Positions 9,370 to 19,692 of a stretch of 64,000 bases of DNA are shown in pieces; positions within the stretch are counted from its first letter, which is position 1; each line of letters begins with the position of its first letter. Made by a program: the position numbers and the translations under genes. Where the stretch lies: contig JBIJBE010000006.1 of the NCBI GenBank assembly GCA_044345405.1, positions 1 to 64,000 of the forward strand, given 5' to 3'. This DNA comes from Bdellovibrionota bacterium. GTDB taxonomy: Bacteria > Bdellovibrionota_C > UBA2361 > OMII01. The notes beneath the pieces are model-generated. The model ran no database searches, was not told the origin of the DNA, and saw nothing but the letters and a program-made list of their open reading frames with translations.

Positions 9370-10815
9370 TCAGATGGTGGCCGCGTGGTTGCGCTTCGCT
9401 GAGAGGGTCGCTTGTCGTCGCGCTTCGATCGCCTCACCGATCTCCGCTGCGAGGCTCGGTGAGCTATTAAGCAAGTCGTTCATCGCTTTCGTGTCGAACA
9501 ACATGACCTTGAGATCCTCAAGAGCCACTATTGAGATATCCTCAGTCGCTGCGCCAGAGATAACGGGCTCACCGAAGCACTCACCAACTCCGATCTCTCC
9601 AACCTTCGAGTAACGGCCCTGCCGATCAACAACCCGCAGAGCGGCGCGACCTTTAACTATGAGCCCGAAGCCCTCGACCCGTTTCCCCCTCCCCTGCACA
9701 ACCTCATCGGTCGCGAAGTCGATGACGGTAGGTTGAAGCGAGGAGTCATCCTTTAACGCTGGCTTAAATCTGGGGTGATTTCGCAGAAGTTCGTGTGGCG
9801 AAGCCTTCGGAGCGCCGGGATTCTCTCCGGGGCTGTATTCCATCGTAATAGGGAACGGAATCGTGAGCCCCTCACGACGCGCGACATACCACAGGTGTGT
9901 CATAAACGTGTCCCGCGTCGCGGCGACATCCTCCTGCCGAGCGACAGAGAATATGATCTTATAGATCACTGAGAAGTCACCGTACTCCACTGTCCGAATA
10001 GCGGGGGCGGGATCGCTCAATACACCCGGAGTCTCACGCAACAACGCGCCGAGGATATCCTTGACCCGATTGGGGGGGTCGTCGTAGCTAAAGCCGATCT
10101 GAAGAGCTTCAGTTCGCACGTCGGTCGGTCTTGAGAGATTGCTGAAAGCGCCCTTATACAACCGAACATTCGGAACGATCCGCAGCTCCCGTGTAGGAGT
10201 TTGAATGTGAACGGATCGCCAATTAATCTCGATAACCTTCCCGGTTACGCCCTCCGCGTTAACCCAATCTCCAACTTTGAGTGGACGTTCGAAGAGGAGC
10301 ATTAACCCGGAGACGATATTTCCTAGGGGCTCTTGAAGGGCCAAGCCGATAACAACAGATCCCACGCCAAGCGCGGTCAACGCGCCCTGAACCTCTCGTC
10401 CCCACACGTGGGAGTAAATGACCAAAGCGCCAAAGGCGACCAGAACAGCCCGCGAGAGGTCAGCGAATAATTTCGGAACTCGAGCTCGCCAGGAATCCTC
10501 TGCTCCCCCTCCAAACACCACATCGTTGACAACGCCAATCGCCGCATAAAGAAGAAAAACGAGAAAGGCCGACTGTATCAGCCGCATCAAAGTGTCTGTG
10601 GCCGGAAGTTCAAGAACGTACCGGGCGAAGATAAGCACGGCTAACGATGGCGCGACCAAGTTACGAGTGGTTCGTAACGCGCGGGCTAACGCGAAACCAC
10701 GCCGCTCACAGGCACTGATGCTCTCGTTGAGGAACAACATGACCGCGGGAAAACCGACCGCTAACGTGAGCGCAGGCCAAAGATTTGATAGTTGCAATTC
10801 AAGAAGACCGTTCAT
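9370..10815 (-). CDS. MscS-family mechanosensitive channel with C-terminal cNMP-binding domain
   Basis: GLALQEPLGNIVSG, LKVGDWV, GKVIEINWRS MscS motifs; C-terminal LIVKG...GECFGE cNMP fold. Confidence 0.88.
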   Translation of the reverse strand: MNGLLELQLSNLWPALTLAVGFPAVMLFLNESISACERRGFALARALRTTRNLVAPSLAVLIFARYVLELPATDTLMRLIQSAFLVFLLYAAIGVVNDVVFGGGAEDSWRARVPKLFADLSRAVLVAFGALVIYSHVWGREVQGALTALGVGSVVIGLALQEPLGNIVSGLMLLFERPLKVGDWVNAEGVTGKVIEINWRSVHIQTPTRELRIVPNVRLYKGAFSNLSRPTDVRTEALQIGFSYDDPPNRVKDILGALLRETPGVLSDPAPAIRTVEYGDFSVIYKIIFSVARQEDVAATRDTFMTHLWYVARREGLTIPFPITMEYSPGENPGAPKASPHELLRNHPRFKPALKDDSSLQPTVIDFATDEVVQGRGKRVEGFGLIVKGRAALRVVDRQGRYSKVGEIGVGECFGEPVISGAATEDISIVALEDLKVMLFDTKAMNDLLNSSPSLAAEIGEAIEARRQATLSAKRNHAATI

Positions 10816-10836
10816 ATCCGTCCCTTCTCTTTCAAG

Positions 10837-12945
10837 CTAGACCGCGATTTGCCACGCCTCAATCGGCGGCTTACCCTCTCCATCAACCTGAATTGGTCCG
10901 CTGCATGAGAACTCATCACCCATGCGGTTCTTAACCCCCTGGGTGACTCGAATAGCGGCTCCTTTACCGGCCGCAAGCTTTCTCGCGATCGTTACGGTAT
11001 CGCCCCAAAGGTCGTAGAGAAATTTCCGCCGCCCAACCACGCCACCAACAACAGGTCCCGAATTTATTCCCACAGCGACACTGAGATCGGCTTTGTGTTC
11101 ACGGTTAAACATCGAAACTATTCTGACTAACTCCTCCGCGAACTGTACCATTCGACGCGCGTGGTCGGGTCTCGCGACCGAGAGTCCACACACGGCGAGA
11201 TAGGACGCGCCAATCGATCGAACCTTCTCAATCGCCAACTTGTCAGCGGCTTCGTCGAAGGTCGCGATCAGATCACCAAGGGCGGAAAGCGCTTTAGCGT
11301 CACTCACTCGCTCGCTGAACTCCTCTAGGCCGAGAATTTCGCAAAAGAGAACTGAGACGTCAGAGAACTCACGACTCGCCCTCTCGTCACCTTCTTGGCG
11401 TTGCGCGACGGCCGACGCGGGCAGGATGCTCAGAAGAAGCTCCTGATTCTTGTTAACCTGGTCCTCGAGGCGATCTGTTTGCGTGCGGATGTTGTCTGCC
11501 ATCTCGTTAAAAACACCCGCAAGTTCCCCGAACTCATCCCGCGAGGAGACCCGTACCTTCACATCCGTTTGTCCAGCTCCCAGCCGACGCGCCCCCTCAG
11601 TCAACGCCCGGAGAGGACGAGTCAACGCGTACGATGAAATAAGCGCTAGGAGACTCACGAGAAGCGCCATCGCGCTCGAAGCGATAACGACCCGCCGACC
11701 GAACTTACGGATCGGAGCGGTCGCCTCTTCTTCGTCCATATCCGCAATCACAGCCCAGCGAACTGAATCGAGCTCCAGGGGACCGTACGCGCTTAGAACC
11801 CTCTTACCGCGATAATCAGTGGTTACCTCAAGCCCCGACTGGCCTCGTAACGCTCTCTCTACACCAGGTGTTGTGACTGACAGTAAGTTCATCGCCGATC
11901 CCTGTCGTTCGATGGCGGCGATCGTCTTCGCGTTCACACCAGCATCACGGAGCGACTCGTAGAATCCTTTCGGATCGGTACGCATGAAGCGCGAGCGGCT
12001 TCGCAGTGTTTTATCTGGGCCGACAACATAGCACTCACCCGTTTTACCGAGCCCCTCACCCGTCCAGTTGTCGTCACCTGTGAGCACCCGATTGAACAGC
12101 TCAATCGGGAACTGCAATACGAGAATCCCCACCATCGTGGTCCCATCGAAGATCGGGCTCATCGCGAACCCCATCGAGGATCCCAAGCTGGGACGAAACG
12201 GCTCAAAGTCGGCTATCTTGAAATCATCACGATCACGCGCTGCTCTTATCGCTCGTACCCGATCCCCAAGGTTGGTGTTCGAATAGGGGCCAGTGCGCAA
12301 GTTAGACGCGAACTCAGTGGTCTTTTGATAGGAATAAACGACATCGAGGGTCTCGGGATCGACCAACATCATATCCTCGAACCCAAATATCTTCACCGCG
12401 CGCGCGAAGAAGGGGTGAAACTTCGCGTGGGTCTGGCCGTAGAGGGTCTCATCGTTCACCGCCTGGATGAGATCCTGCTTTTGGAGATAGGGATGCGGAT
12501 TAGCCGCGATGTATTGATACTGCAGGTATCTCTCAGCTGGGGAGGTCGGAAGGTACTGATCAAGAACCGGCTGCCCCTCCAGACGAGGCGCGAGTTTCGG
12601 CAAAAAATCATCCCTATAAAAATTCTTTACTTGTTCGTGCTGATCGCTCGAAAGGGTCTTCGAGGAGAGGTCTCGATACCCTCGGTTGAAGGAGAGCATC
12701 GCGTCAATAACCATCCGGCTATCGGACATGAGAATAGCCTGATCGCGCAGCGCGCCTAACATCTCTTTGAGGGTCGTGGTCTTCGCGACTCGCACCCCTT
12801 GAAGTTGGTTCTCAACCGACGCGGTGAGCGCTTCCTTGGCGGAACGGTACCCAATCCCAGCGATGACGGCGATGGAGCACAAGCTCACCGCGAGGAGCAG
12901 GACGATCATCTTTGACTGGATGCTTAAACGATTGAGGCCGAACAT
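10837..12945 (-). CDS. Cache-HAMP class III nucleotide cyclase-like membrane protein (catalytic residues degenerate)
   Basis: Two TM helices, Cache sensor (GLGKTGECYVVG, DYRG), HAMP (DEFGELAGVFNEM), cyclase fold (GINSGPVVGGVVG...YDLWGDTV). Confidence 0.88.
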   Translation of the reverse strand: MFGLNRLSIQSKMIVLLLAVSLCSIAVIAGIGYRSAKEALTASVENQLQGVRVAKTTTLKEMLGALRDQAILMSDSRMVIDAMLSFNRGYRDLSSKTLSSDQHEQVKNFYRDDFLPKLAPRLEGQPVLDQYLPTSPAERYLQYQYIAANPHPYLQKQDLIQAVNDETLYGQTHAKFHPFFARAVKIFGFEDMMLVDPETLDVVYSYQKTTEFASNLRTGPYSNTNLGDRVRAIRAARDRDDFKIADFEPFRPSLGSSMGFAMSPIFDGTTMVGILVLQFPIELFNRVLTGDDNWTGEGLGKTGECYVVGPDKTLRSRSRFMRTDPKGFYESLRDAGVNAKTIAAIERQGSAMNLLSVTTPGVERALRGQSGLEVTTDYRGKRVLSAYGPLELDSVRWAVIADMDEEEATAPIRKFGRRVVIASSAMALLVSLLALISSYALTRPLRALTEGARRLGAGQTDVKVRVSSRDEFGELAGVFNEMADNIRTQTDRLEDQVNKNQELLLSILPASAVAQRQEGDERASREFSDVSVLFCEILGLEEFSERVSDAKALSALGDLIATFDEAADKLAIEKVRSIGASYLAVCGLSVARPDHARRMVQFAEELVRIVSMFNREHKADLSVAVGINSGPVVGGVVGRRKFLYDLWGDTVTIARKLAAGKGAAIRVTQGVKNRMGDEFSCSGPIQVDGEGKPPIEAWQIAV

Positions 12946-13267
12946 ACAGGTACGTCTCCCAAGCAAACTAGGTCGAGCGGGCACAACACTAGACCGCCCG
13001 CCCGGGACTATAGCCTAAGGAGCCTACCCGCTGAAAGAAAAACGGATTATCAGAGAAGCCCTCCGTAGAGGGAGAGGGGCGCAGAGGCCGTTTAACGGCG
13101 TTTTCGCGAATACTCGGAGACGTCTCCCCATTCGTGCCGTACAATCACAGGGCAACAGGGCGAAGTCGTGAGTCAAATGGCCTAAACAAACAAAAACGTA
13201 CCATATCAGGCACGAGCGGGGCCGCTCGATAAGAGACCCTCGTAGCGTTCGTCGCCATAACAGAGAC

Positions 13268-14119
13268 ATGCGGGGGGCAGAGACACAACTCACAACAGCA
13301 TCCGAGGATCTTCGCGGGCTTCACGTTCCGCATGCCCCCAGTGTTTCCGATAGTACCTTGAGAAGTAGAGGAAGAGAGGATTGGCTGGCACCGGAGTCTT
13401 TTCGCCGCGACACGGTATTTGGCGATATATCATCCTGCATACGCGATACGGAGGTCGTTCGACTCACGTGCGAGTTCCTTCGCAAAAGAGAGCCTCTTCT
13501 CTACAACGAACTGTGGGGGGAGCTTCAAAAACAAAAGCCGCTCAACGAGAATCCGCTCCTTTCAACGCGACAAGCTCGCGACGCGGTACCACCTCTTCCT
13601 AGTGTCGACCACGTCGAACGCGGGACCAAACCTCAACGCGAGACCTCCGAGGAGCGCCGTAGCGCCCCATATCCTCTCGCACTGCCGAAAATAGATACCG
13701 AACATTGGGCCTACGCCAGGCACGCGCAGGTTGGACATTATGTGAGGCCGAGAGACAAGGCGGAGGAACGCGCGGCGAAACATGAAGAAGGACGGTCAGA
13801 CATAGCCGTCATAAATACGTACCTCAAAGCGTACCGTGAGCTATCTCAAGATGTGTCCGGAAAGAACTTGTGGAAAGCGACGCGCCATCCAGCTGACCGG
13901 TCCCCGTACTACACGACTATGGAGATAGTCAAACAGGAGGCTAATCCGCCGGAGCATTTTTACGCGCTTATTCATTACGGGATGGGGCTGCACATGCTGT
14001 ACGAACTAAGCCTTGCTCGCAAAGCGAAGGATGCGCCGACCACTATGGCGAAGCTCACCGATGTGCTCCAGCGAAGCTTTAAGGCTATCGCCCGCGCGTA
14101 CCGCCAAGACTTCTGTTAA
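13268..14119 (+). CDS. hypothetical protein
   Basis: 283-aa ORF filling the intergenic space; no recognisable motif. Confidence 0.6.
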   Translation: MRGAETQLTTASEDLRGLHVPHAPSVSDSTLRSRGREDWLAPESFRRDTVFGDISSCIRDTEVVRLTCEFLRKREPLLYNELWGELQKQKPLNENPLLSTRQARDAVPPLPSVDHVERGTKPQRETSEERRSAPYPLALPKIDTEHWAYARHAQVGHYVRPRDKAEERAAKHEEGRSDIAVINTYLKAYRELSQDVSGKNLWKATRHPADRSPYYTTMEIVKQEANPPEHFYALIHYGMGLHMLYELSLARKAKDAPTTMAKLTDVLQRSFKAIARAYRQDFC

Positions 14120-14152
14120 GACCATTTGAGTTATAATTCAATCGACTGCCCC

Positions 14153-14329
14153 TTAGTGAATCGTAATCTCCTCGCAGTAGAGACGGAGCGTTTCACGGAG
14201 GATAGAGAACTCCTCTCCCGCGCAAATCTCCTCAAGAAGGGTGTGAAGGTACGCATTAGTAGCCTCAACCTCTACAACCTCAGTCGTTGTCTCCTCAGCG
14301 ATCTTATTCTCAACATCATTACGGTTCAT
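14153..14329 (-). CDS. small acidic hypothetical protein (58 aa)
   Basis: AAGGGA before ATG 14329; MNRNDVENKIAEETT...EEITIH. Start revised from 14524. Confidence 0.5.
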   Translation of the reverse strand: MNRNDVENKIAEETTTEVVEVEATNAYLHTLLEEICAGEEFSILRETLRLYCEEITIH

Positions 14330-14647
14330 AACATCCCTTTTCATTCGTACAATCAGCTCACGTCCATTCGTCAGGACGTGGGGATAGGTATGCCATGGCT
14401 GGACAGGCGAGTTGTCACGACGAGGTGAGAGGTTTGTAAAACTATTGTCACAGCGCGAAACCGGGTATCCGCCCCAAAGCCCGTCGGTAAACAGCTGAAA
14501 ACGATACGTTATTTTTATTTTCACACTTCAGATCGGGTGCAATTCCTATGATTCTCGTTAGATTCGGGGTAGTGTGACGAGTCGATAGCAATCTGATCAG
14601 GTTCCCCAACTTCGGGGACCTGTGCGAGAGGGCTTAACGTTCCGACT

Positions 14648-15364
14648 ATGAGCAACCCCGTAAAGGCCGAACTAACGGCCCGTGATGACAACGACCTGGT
14701 TCGAATGACCCTGGCTGGGGACAAAGAGGCCTATCGCGCCCTTGTGGAACGGTATCAAGGGCGCCTTTTCTCGACCGCCCTCGACATCGTCAAAACCCGC
14801 GAAGACGCTGAGGATGTCGTCCAAGAAACCTTCGTTAAGGCCTTCTTATCATTAGGACAATTCAAGGGACAAAGCTCCTTCTACACCTGGGTCTATCGGA
14901 TCTGCTTCAACATGGCGATCGACATACGCCGCAAAGCAGGCCGCCGTGGTGGAACTCACCTTGAATTTAAGGAACATACGGGCGTCAACAGAGCGGCGGT
15001 TCAGGAAGGAGCTCGTGAGACAGGAGGTAACGGTCTCGCGAGTCATTCGCAGAACGTCGAGGGTCCTCATGACGCTCTTGCGCGTAAGGAGTTAGGGCGC
15101 AAGATTCAAGAGGTGCTTGGCCAGCTCTCCGAAGAGCATCGGGCGGTGATCATGTTGCGAGAGGTCGACGGCCTCGATTACGAGGAGATCGCGCAGGCGA
15201 TCGGAGTTCCGAAAGGAACTGTCATGAGTCGACTATTCTATGCTCGGAAAGCCCTGCAGAAAGCCCTTGAAGAGTTCGCGCCGCCACAAGCGGCGACCGG
15301 TGAGGAGGAAGACCTCGACACCACGAACGCGCCAAAGAGAGGACGACCAGCCAAAGCTCGTTGA
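14648..15364 (+). CDS. ECF RNA polymerase sigma factor (RpoE-like)
   Basis: DAEDVVQETFVKAF, SSFYTWVYRI, LREVDGLDYEEIA...GTVMSRLFYAR. Confidence 0.93.
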   Translation: MSNPVKAELTARDDNDLVRMTLAGDKEAYRALVERYQGRLFSTALDIVKTREDAEDVVQETFVKAFLSLGQFKGQSSFYTWVYRICFNMAIDIRRKAGRRGGTHLEFKEHTGVNRAAVQEGARETGGNGLASHSQNVEGPHDALARKELGRKIQEVLGQLSEEHRAVIMLREVDGLDYEEIAQAIGVPKGTVMSRLFYARKALQKALEEFAPPQAATGEEEDLDTTNAPKRGRPAKAR

Positions 15365-15373
15365 GGTGACACT

Positions 15374-16084
15374 ATGAGAGAGAGCGGATCGAAAGAATTG
15401 AGCGAACGACAGGAACTCCTGCTGAGTTCCTACGTGGACAATGAATGCTCTTTTCTCTCTCGCTTACGCGCGGAGCGTCTGATCAAACAAAATGAGACAG
15501 CCAAGTTGTTCGTTCAAAATCTTAAGAACACCTCTCAAACATACCGCTCTCTTTTCTCTGATACCGCCGCATCAACTAATTTATGGGATAAAATCTCTCA
15601 GCGAATCGACGCCGAAGAGCGAGCCGCTCTCTATCTTGGACAACGAAAACCAGCGACGGTCGCGCAGGAACGACCAACTCTCGCCAACTTCTTCTCCAAA
15701 CAAGCCCTGCTTGGGGGACTCTCCGGCGCCGCGGTGGCGGCGTGCGTTTTGATGCTCGTATCCCGACCAGCCAAACCAGGAGAGATTATCCCGGTATACA
15801 CAGGTGGCCCGGTCGCCGCGCACAACGCCTCAGCGTTCCACCAAGCGTCCCTCGGATCAGCGCCACAAGCAGCGGTTGCTGGATCCTCGATGGAGGTCGA
15901 TTGGATGCGTTCAAACGGCTCGCTCAAGATCATTCAAAATCCCTCAGACAACTCCGCCATCTTTTGGGTTCGCAAACGTTCAGGAGCCCCGACCTTGACG
16001 ACGCAAGGTATCAAGCCAACTCCAACGATTCGAGTTCTGCGAGAACAAGGGCTTGACGCCATGCCCCTTGGGAATGCCAAATAG
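15374..16084 (+). CDS. putative anti-sigma factor
   Basis: Directly follows the ECF sigma gene; N-terminal LLSSYVDNE motif and a single TM helix. Confidence 0.75.
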   Translation: MRESGSKELSERQELLLSSYVDNECSFLSRLRAERLIKQNETAKLFVQNLKNTSQTYRSLFSDTAASTNLWDKISQRIDAEERAALYLGQRKPATVAQERPTLANFFSKQALLGGLSGAAVAACVLMLVSRPAKPGEIIPVYTGGPVAAHNASAFHQASLGSAPQAAVAGSSMEVDWMRSNGSLKIIQNPSDNSAIFWVRKRSGAPTLTTQGIKPTPTIRVLREQGLDAMPLGNAK

Positions 16085-16091
16085 AGAAGAT

Positions 16092-16646
16092 ATGAAGTGC
16101 TGTTCCCAACCACGAGCGATAACCAAAAAGCGACTTATCGCTCTGTGCACGCTCGGAGCTCTTTGGTTTAATCCCCTCTCCGCTCAAGCTGACGAGTCGT
16201 GCGAGCATTCAAAGGTGAAGGTCGTTGTTCGCACCATTCAGGCAACAGGACCTAGGCCATCAACAACAGCTCCGGCATCGACACCTCAGGCTGAGGCGCT
16301 ATCCCTTGAGGAATCCCTCGCCGACCTCAAGCCTCAACTCGCCCTCCTTCCCTTCTCGACCTTTCACTTGATCGCGAGCAAAGAGGGGGAGATCTCCCTC
16401 AAAAAGAAGGAGAGCTTTCGGTTACCGAACGGCCAAACCCTGACCTTTCGACCGATGTACATGGAGAAAGAGCGCGTCGGCATGTGGCTGTCGTGGAAGG
16501 ACACGGACGGTTCTGATATCCTCAACACCCGGATCCACTTCGACGCGGACGACTCAGTACTCACCGGCACCGATTACCATGACAATGAGGGAAGGATCCT
16601 CGCCATTCGCGCGGTTAAACCTGAAGAGAACACCGCTCAGGACTAA
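16092..16646 (+). CDS. secreted hypothetical protein in the ECF operon
   Basis: Signal-peptide-like N-terminus (..LSAQA); co-directional and tightly spaced. Confidence 0.65.
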   Translation: MKCCSQPRAITKKRLIALCTLGALWFNPLSAQADESCEHSKVKVVVRTIQATGPRPSTTAPASTPQAEALSLEESLADLKPQLALLPFSTFHLIASKEGEISLKKKESFRLPNGQTLTFRPMYMEKERVGMWLSWKDTDGSDILNTRIHFDADDSVLTGTDYHDNEGRILAIRAVKPEENTAQD

Positions 16647-17437
16647 GAGGACGCGGATTCGTAACGACGCAATCCAAACACCCACAGCCACTTTGTCACA
16701 AACCAAACGGCTACCATCGCCACGCACAGGAACGGGATCTCCCACCACGCCCCCTCTCCTATCACAGCTCTTACCGGGAATGTAATCGCGGCGAGAAACG
16801 GGATAATTCGGGTGAAGAACCACCGCATCCGATCGGGATAGACGAAATCCGGCCACCGCTGAAAATTTTGGCAATGAATCCGAACGAAGTTGATTCCATC
16901 TCCGCCCTTTGTCCACATCAATCCCATCGAGATCATCACCTCGAGGAGCACGATACAGATAAGTGAGAGAACCCAGAGGAAGGGCATCATCATCCACCCC
17001 ATCGGCGACACATGGAGCTGAATTCCGTAGTAGATGACAAACCCAAAAATGAAGGGGAACGTTAGTAACGTGACCGGTCGAGTTATCGCTGTAAAAACGT
17101 CGAAGAGACTTCCGAGCGGTCTCAGCAAACGAAAATCGAGGTTTCCATCGCGCACCTCGGAGGCAAAATTCCAGAAATTTGGTGCCACAATTCCCGAATG
17201 GACGCAGTTCACGGACTGGAGCCAAAAAATATAGAAAAGGAAGTTCTCACGGGTCCACGCGCCGATGTGAGAGATATGCAGGAACAGAAAGTCGGTTGTG
17301 TAGTAGAAGGTTACGAACGCCGCTAGGTCAAAAAGACCGCTCAACAGAAAGTTGACACGAAAACTCATCAACTTGGCGAGCGAATTCAGCATCTGTTGAT
17401 GGAGTACACGAAGGTAGGGGGAGGCGGAGTCTCTCAT
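16643..17437 (-). CDS. ABC-2 family permease (DUF990-type)
   Basis: VRDGNLDFRLLRP, P..VYP, GLRRYESASS. Confidence 0.85.
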   Translation of the reverse strand: MRDSASPYLRVLHQQMLNSLAKLMSFRVNFLLSGLFDLAAFVTFYYTTDFLFLHISHIGAWTRENFLFYIFWLQSVNCVHSGIVAPNFWNFASEVRDGNLDFRLLRPLGSLFDVFTAITRPVTLLTFPFIFGFVIYYGIQLHVSPMGWMMMPFLWVLSLICIVLLEVMISMGLMWTKGGDGINFVRIHCQNFQRWPDFVYPDRMRWFFTRIIPFLAAITFPVRAVIGEGAWWEIPFLCVAMVAVWFVTKWLWVFGLRRYESASS

Positions 17438-18244
17438 TTAAATCCCCGCCGCGTTATAGAGCCGAAGTCCCCGTCGCCACACAAGCACCGCGCTGAGGCT
17501 CAAGGCCACGATCCATCCAAGCAGCGTTGTTGTAGCGGACCAGATAGATACCGAGCTTGTTCCCATGAAGATATGCGCTGGAACTGATGTAATAAAAGGA
17601 AACGGCGTGTAGCCGAGAAACGTTTGGAGTCCCGGCGGAAACAGCTCAATCGGGATAAATGCGCCTGAGAAGAGCACCGCGAAGAATCCGAAAATAACCC
17701 GAAAGATCCAAACCTCTTCGAGCCAAAACGCGGCGAGCCCGAATGTGAAGTCGAGCGCGAACCAGAGCACGCTCACCAAGAGAGAGAATCCGAAGCCGAC
17801 CGCGCAGGTCGCGACATCCAAGGGCGGCAAGAAGTGGAAGGCTTGTAACACAACAACCGCTAAAACAGCGGTGACGAACTGCAAGAGTTGAAAGGCGATA
17901 AACTCGCTAGCGTAGAACTTCCATGCGTCGAAGGGATAGAGCAGAAAAGCGGTAAGGCGTCCAAATCGAATGTGCTCTGAGAGATTCCAGGTCCGGTGAG
18001 ATCGAACCAGCAACGTGATGATGAAGGACCAACATTGATAGTGCAACATCTGATCCATCGTGAAGCCGGAGATACTCTCTCCATCTCGAGATTGGTAAAC
18101 CGATCGCCAGATGTTGTAATTGATGGCGATAAACACAAACGAGGGTGCCACCAACATCAAGAAGAAGTCCGTTTTAAAGGCCATATAACGAGAGAGGGCC
18201 ACACTGATCGTCTTACGCCATTTCTCGAGTTCGCTCCTCACCAT
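17438..18244 (-). CDS. ABC-2 family permease (DUF990-type)
   Basis: IRFGRLTAFLLYP, FSGAFIPIELFP, WRRGLRLYNAAG. Confidence 0.85.
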   Translation of the reverse strand: MVRSELEKWRKTISVALSRYMAFKTDFFLMLVAPSFVFIAINYNIWRSVYQSRDGESISGFTMDQMLHYQCWSFIITLLVRSHRTWNLSEHIRFGRLTAFLLYPFDAWKFYASEFIAFQLLQFVTAVLAVVVLQAFHFLPPLDVATCAVGFGFSLLVSVLWFALDFTFGLAAFWLEEVWIFRVIFGFFAVLFSGAFIPIELFPPGLQTFLGYTPFPFITSVPAHIFMGTSSVSIWSATTTLLGWIVALSLSAVLVWRRGLRLYNAAGI

Positions 18245-18247
18245 ACG

Positions 18248-19249
18248 CTACCCCGGAAGAAGGTGAGGATTGGCGAGTAGCGTTTTCATAACTCGCTCTA
18301 TCGGTAATTTCTCGGTTGAGTAATCAACAACGGGGAAGGCGGAAAAGATCGCGATCGACCGGTCACGAAGTGATTCCTCGGCGATCTGCAGTTCGACTGA
18401 GGTTCCACGCTCATCCCACTGCGGATTAAGCCCTGCCCATATTGGATGCTCGCGATCAACGGGCGCGGCGAACGACAAGGTAACAAACTTTTCGCGCCCT
18501 AGGACCCGCTCGAAATCACCGATAGAGCCATCGAAACGTTTGTGTCCTCCAAGGACGAGCACGATACGGGGGCACAGCGCCTCAATGTCGGCCATGTAGT
18601 GCGACGTCAGGATAATGGTGGTTTTATTCTCGCGTTGATACTCTTTGAAGAAGTCTCGTATCTGCTTCTGCGCGACCACGTCTAGTCCGATCGTTGGCTC
18701 ATCGAGGAAGCAGAGATCTGGATTGTGGAGAAGACACGCCATGAGCTCCATCTTCATCCGCTCACCAAGCGATAGCCTTCGAATGTGCGTATGAAAGAGG
18801 TGACGGACACCAAGCACCTCTCCGAGCGCATGCACACGCTTGGTGAACTCGATCTCGGGTACTTCGTAGTAACGCTGTAACAGCTGAAACGAGTCGTACG
18901 CTGGAATATCCAACCACAGTTGAGTCTTCTGACCCATCACGAGGGAGATTCGTCGTCGAAAGTCTTTTGGGCGGCGAAAGGGCTCGTATCCAAGAACCCG
19001 CGCGACTCCGTGGCTTGGGGCTACGATCCCGGTGAGCATCTTAATCAGGGTTGTCTTGCCAGCACCGTTTGGGCCGAGCAATCCGACTATCTCTCCACGC
19101 CCGATCTCAAGATTAAAATCTTTTACCGCGCTTACCGTCACTCGGTTCGGCGACACAAAGGATCGAAGGGTACCCAGAAAGCCTGGCTCCTTACGAGCAG
19201 AGAGGTATTCCTTTGTTAGGGATTGGCACGAGATCACTGAATCGTTCAC
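18248..19249 (-). CDS. ABC transporter ATP-binding protein
   Basis: GPNGAGKT, LSLGERMK, FLDEPTIGLD, TSH. Confidence 0.92.
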   Translation of the reverse strand: MNDSVISCQSLTKEYLSARKEPGFLGTLRSFVSPNRVTVSAVKDFNLEIGRGEIVGLLGPNGAGKTTLIKMLTGIVAPSHGVARVLGYEPFRRPKDFRRRISLVMGQKTQLWLDIPAYDSFQLLQRYYEVPEIEFTKRVHALGEVLGVRHLFHTHIRRLSLGERMKMELMACLLHNPDLCFLDEPTIGLDVVAQKQIRDFFKEYQRENKTTIILTSHYMADIEALCPRIVLVLGGHKRFDGSIGDFERVLGREKFVTLSFAAPVDREHPIWAGLNPQWDERGTSVELQIAEESLRDRSIAIFSAFPVVDYSTEKLPIERVMKTLLANPHLLPG

Positions 19250-19692
19250 GGTGCGAAAACGTTACCACACGGGCTCCCGAGTCGGTAAGTAGTTACTTTC
19301 TCTCTTTCTCTCCGACGCCCCGCTCCAGTTGAATCGTGAAGCCCCGGTCTCTGGCGGGTATGGCCAGCAGCTATCCATACCGTGATGACCATAGCCACTC
19401 CTGCTCCCACCCAAAAAGCCCGATCCCAGACCGATTCGAACAGCCTTACCTCAGAAATTACATTCGCATCACATCTGCTGAGAGTTTATATGAGTTCCGT
19501 TAGGTTTTGAGCCCCATATATACTGCAGCGACGGATTTTTCGGGGGGAATATCCATGCTTGTCTATATCGCGGCCGCGTCCTGTCTTGGGACCCGCGTCA
19601 ATCACATGCTCGCGTCTTCATTGGCGAACACGCCGAGCGAGCTTCCCGTCCCCCTATCCTCGCGACCATGCACAGGACGAAGGTAAGGTGAT

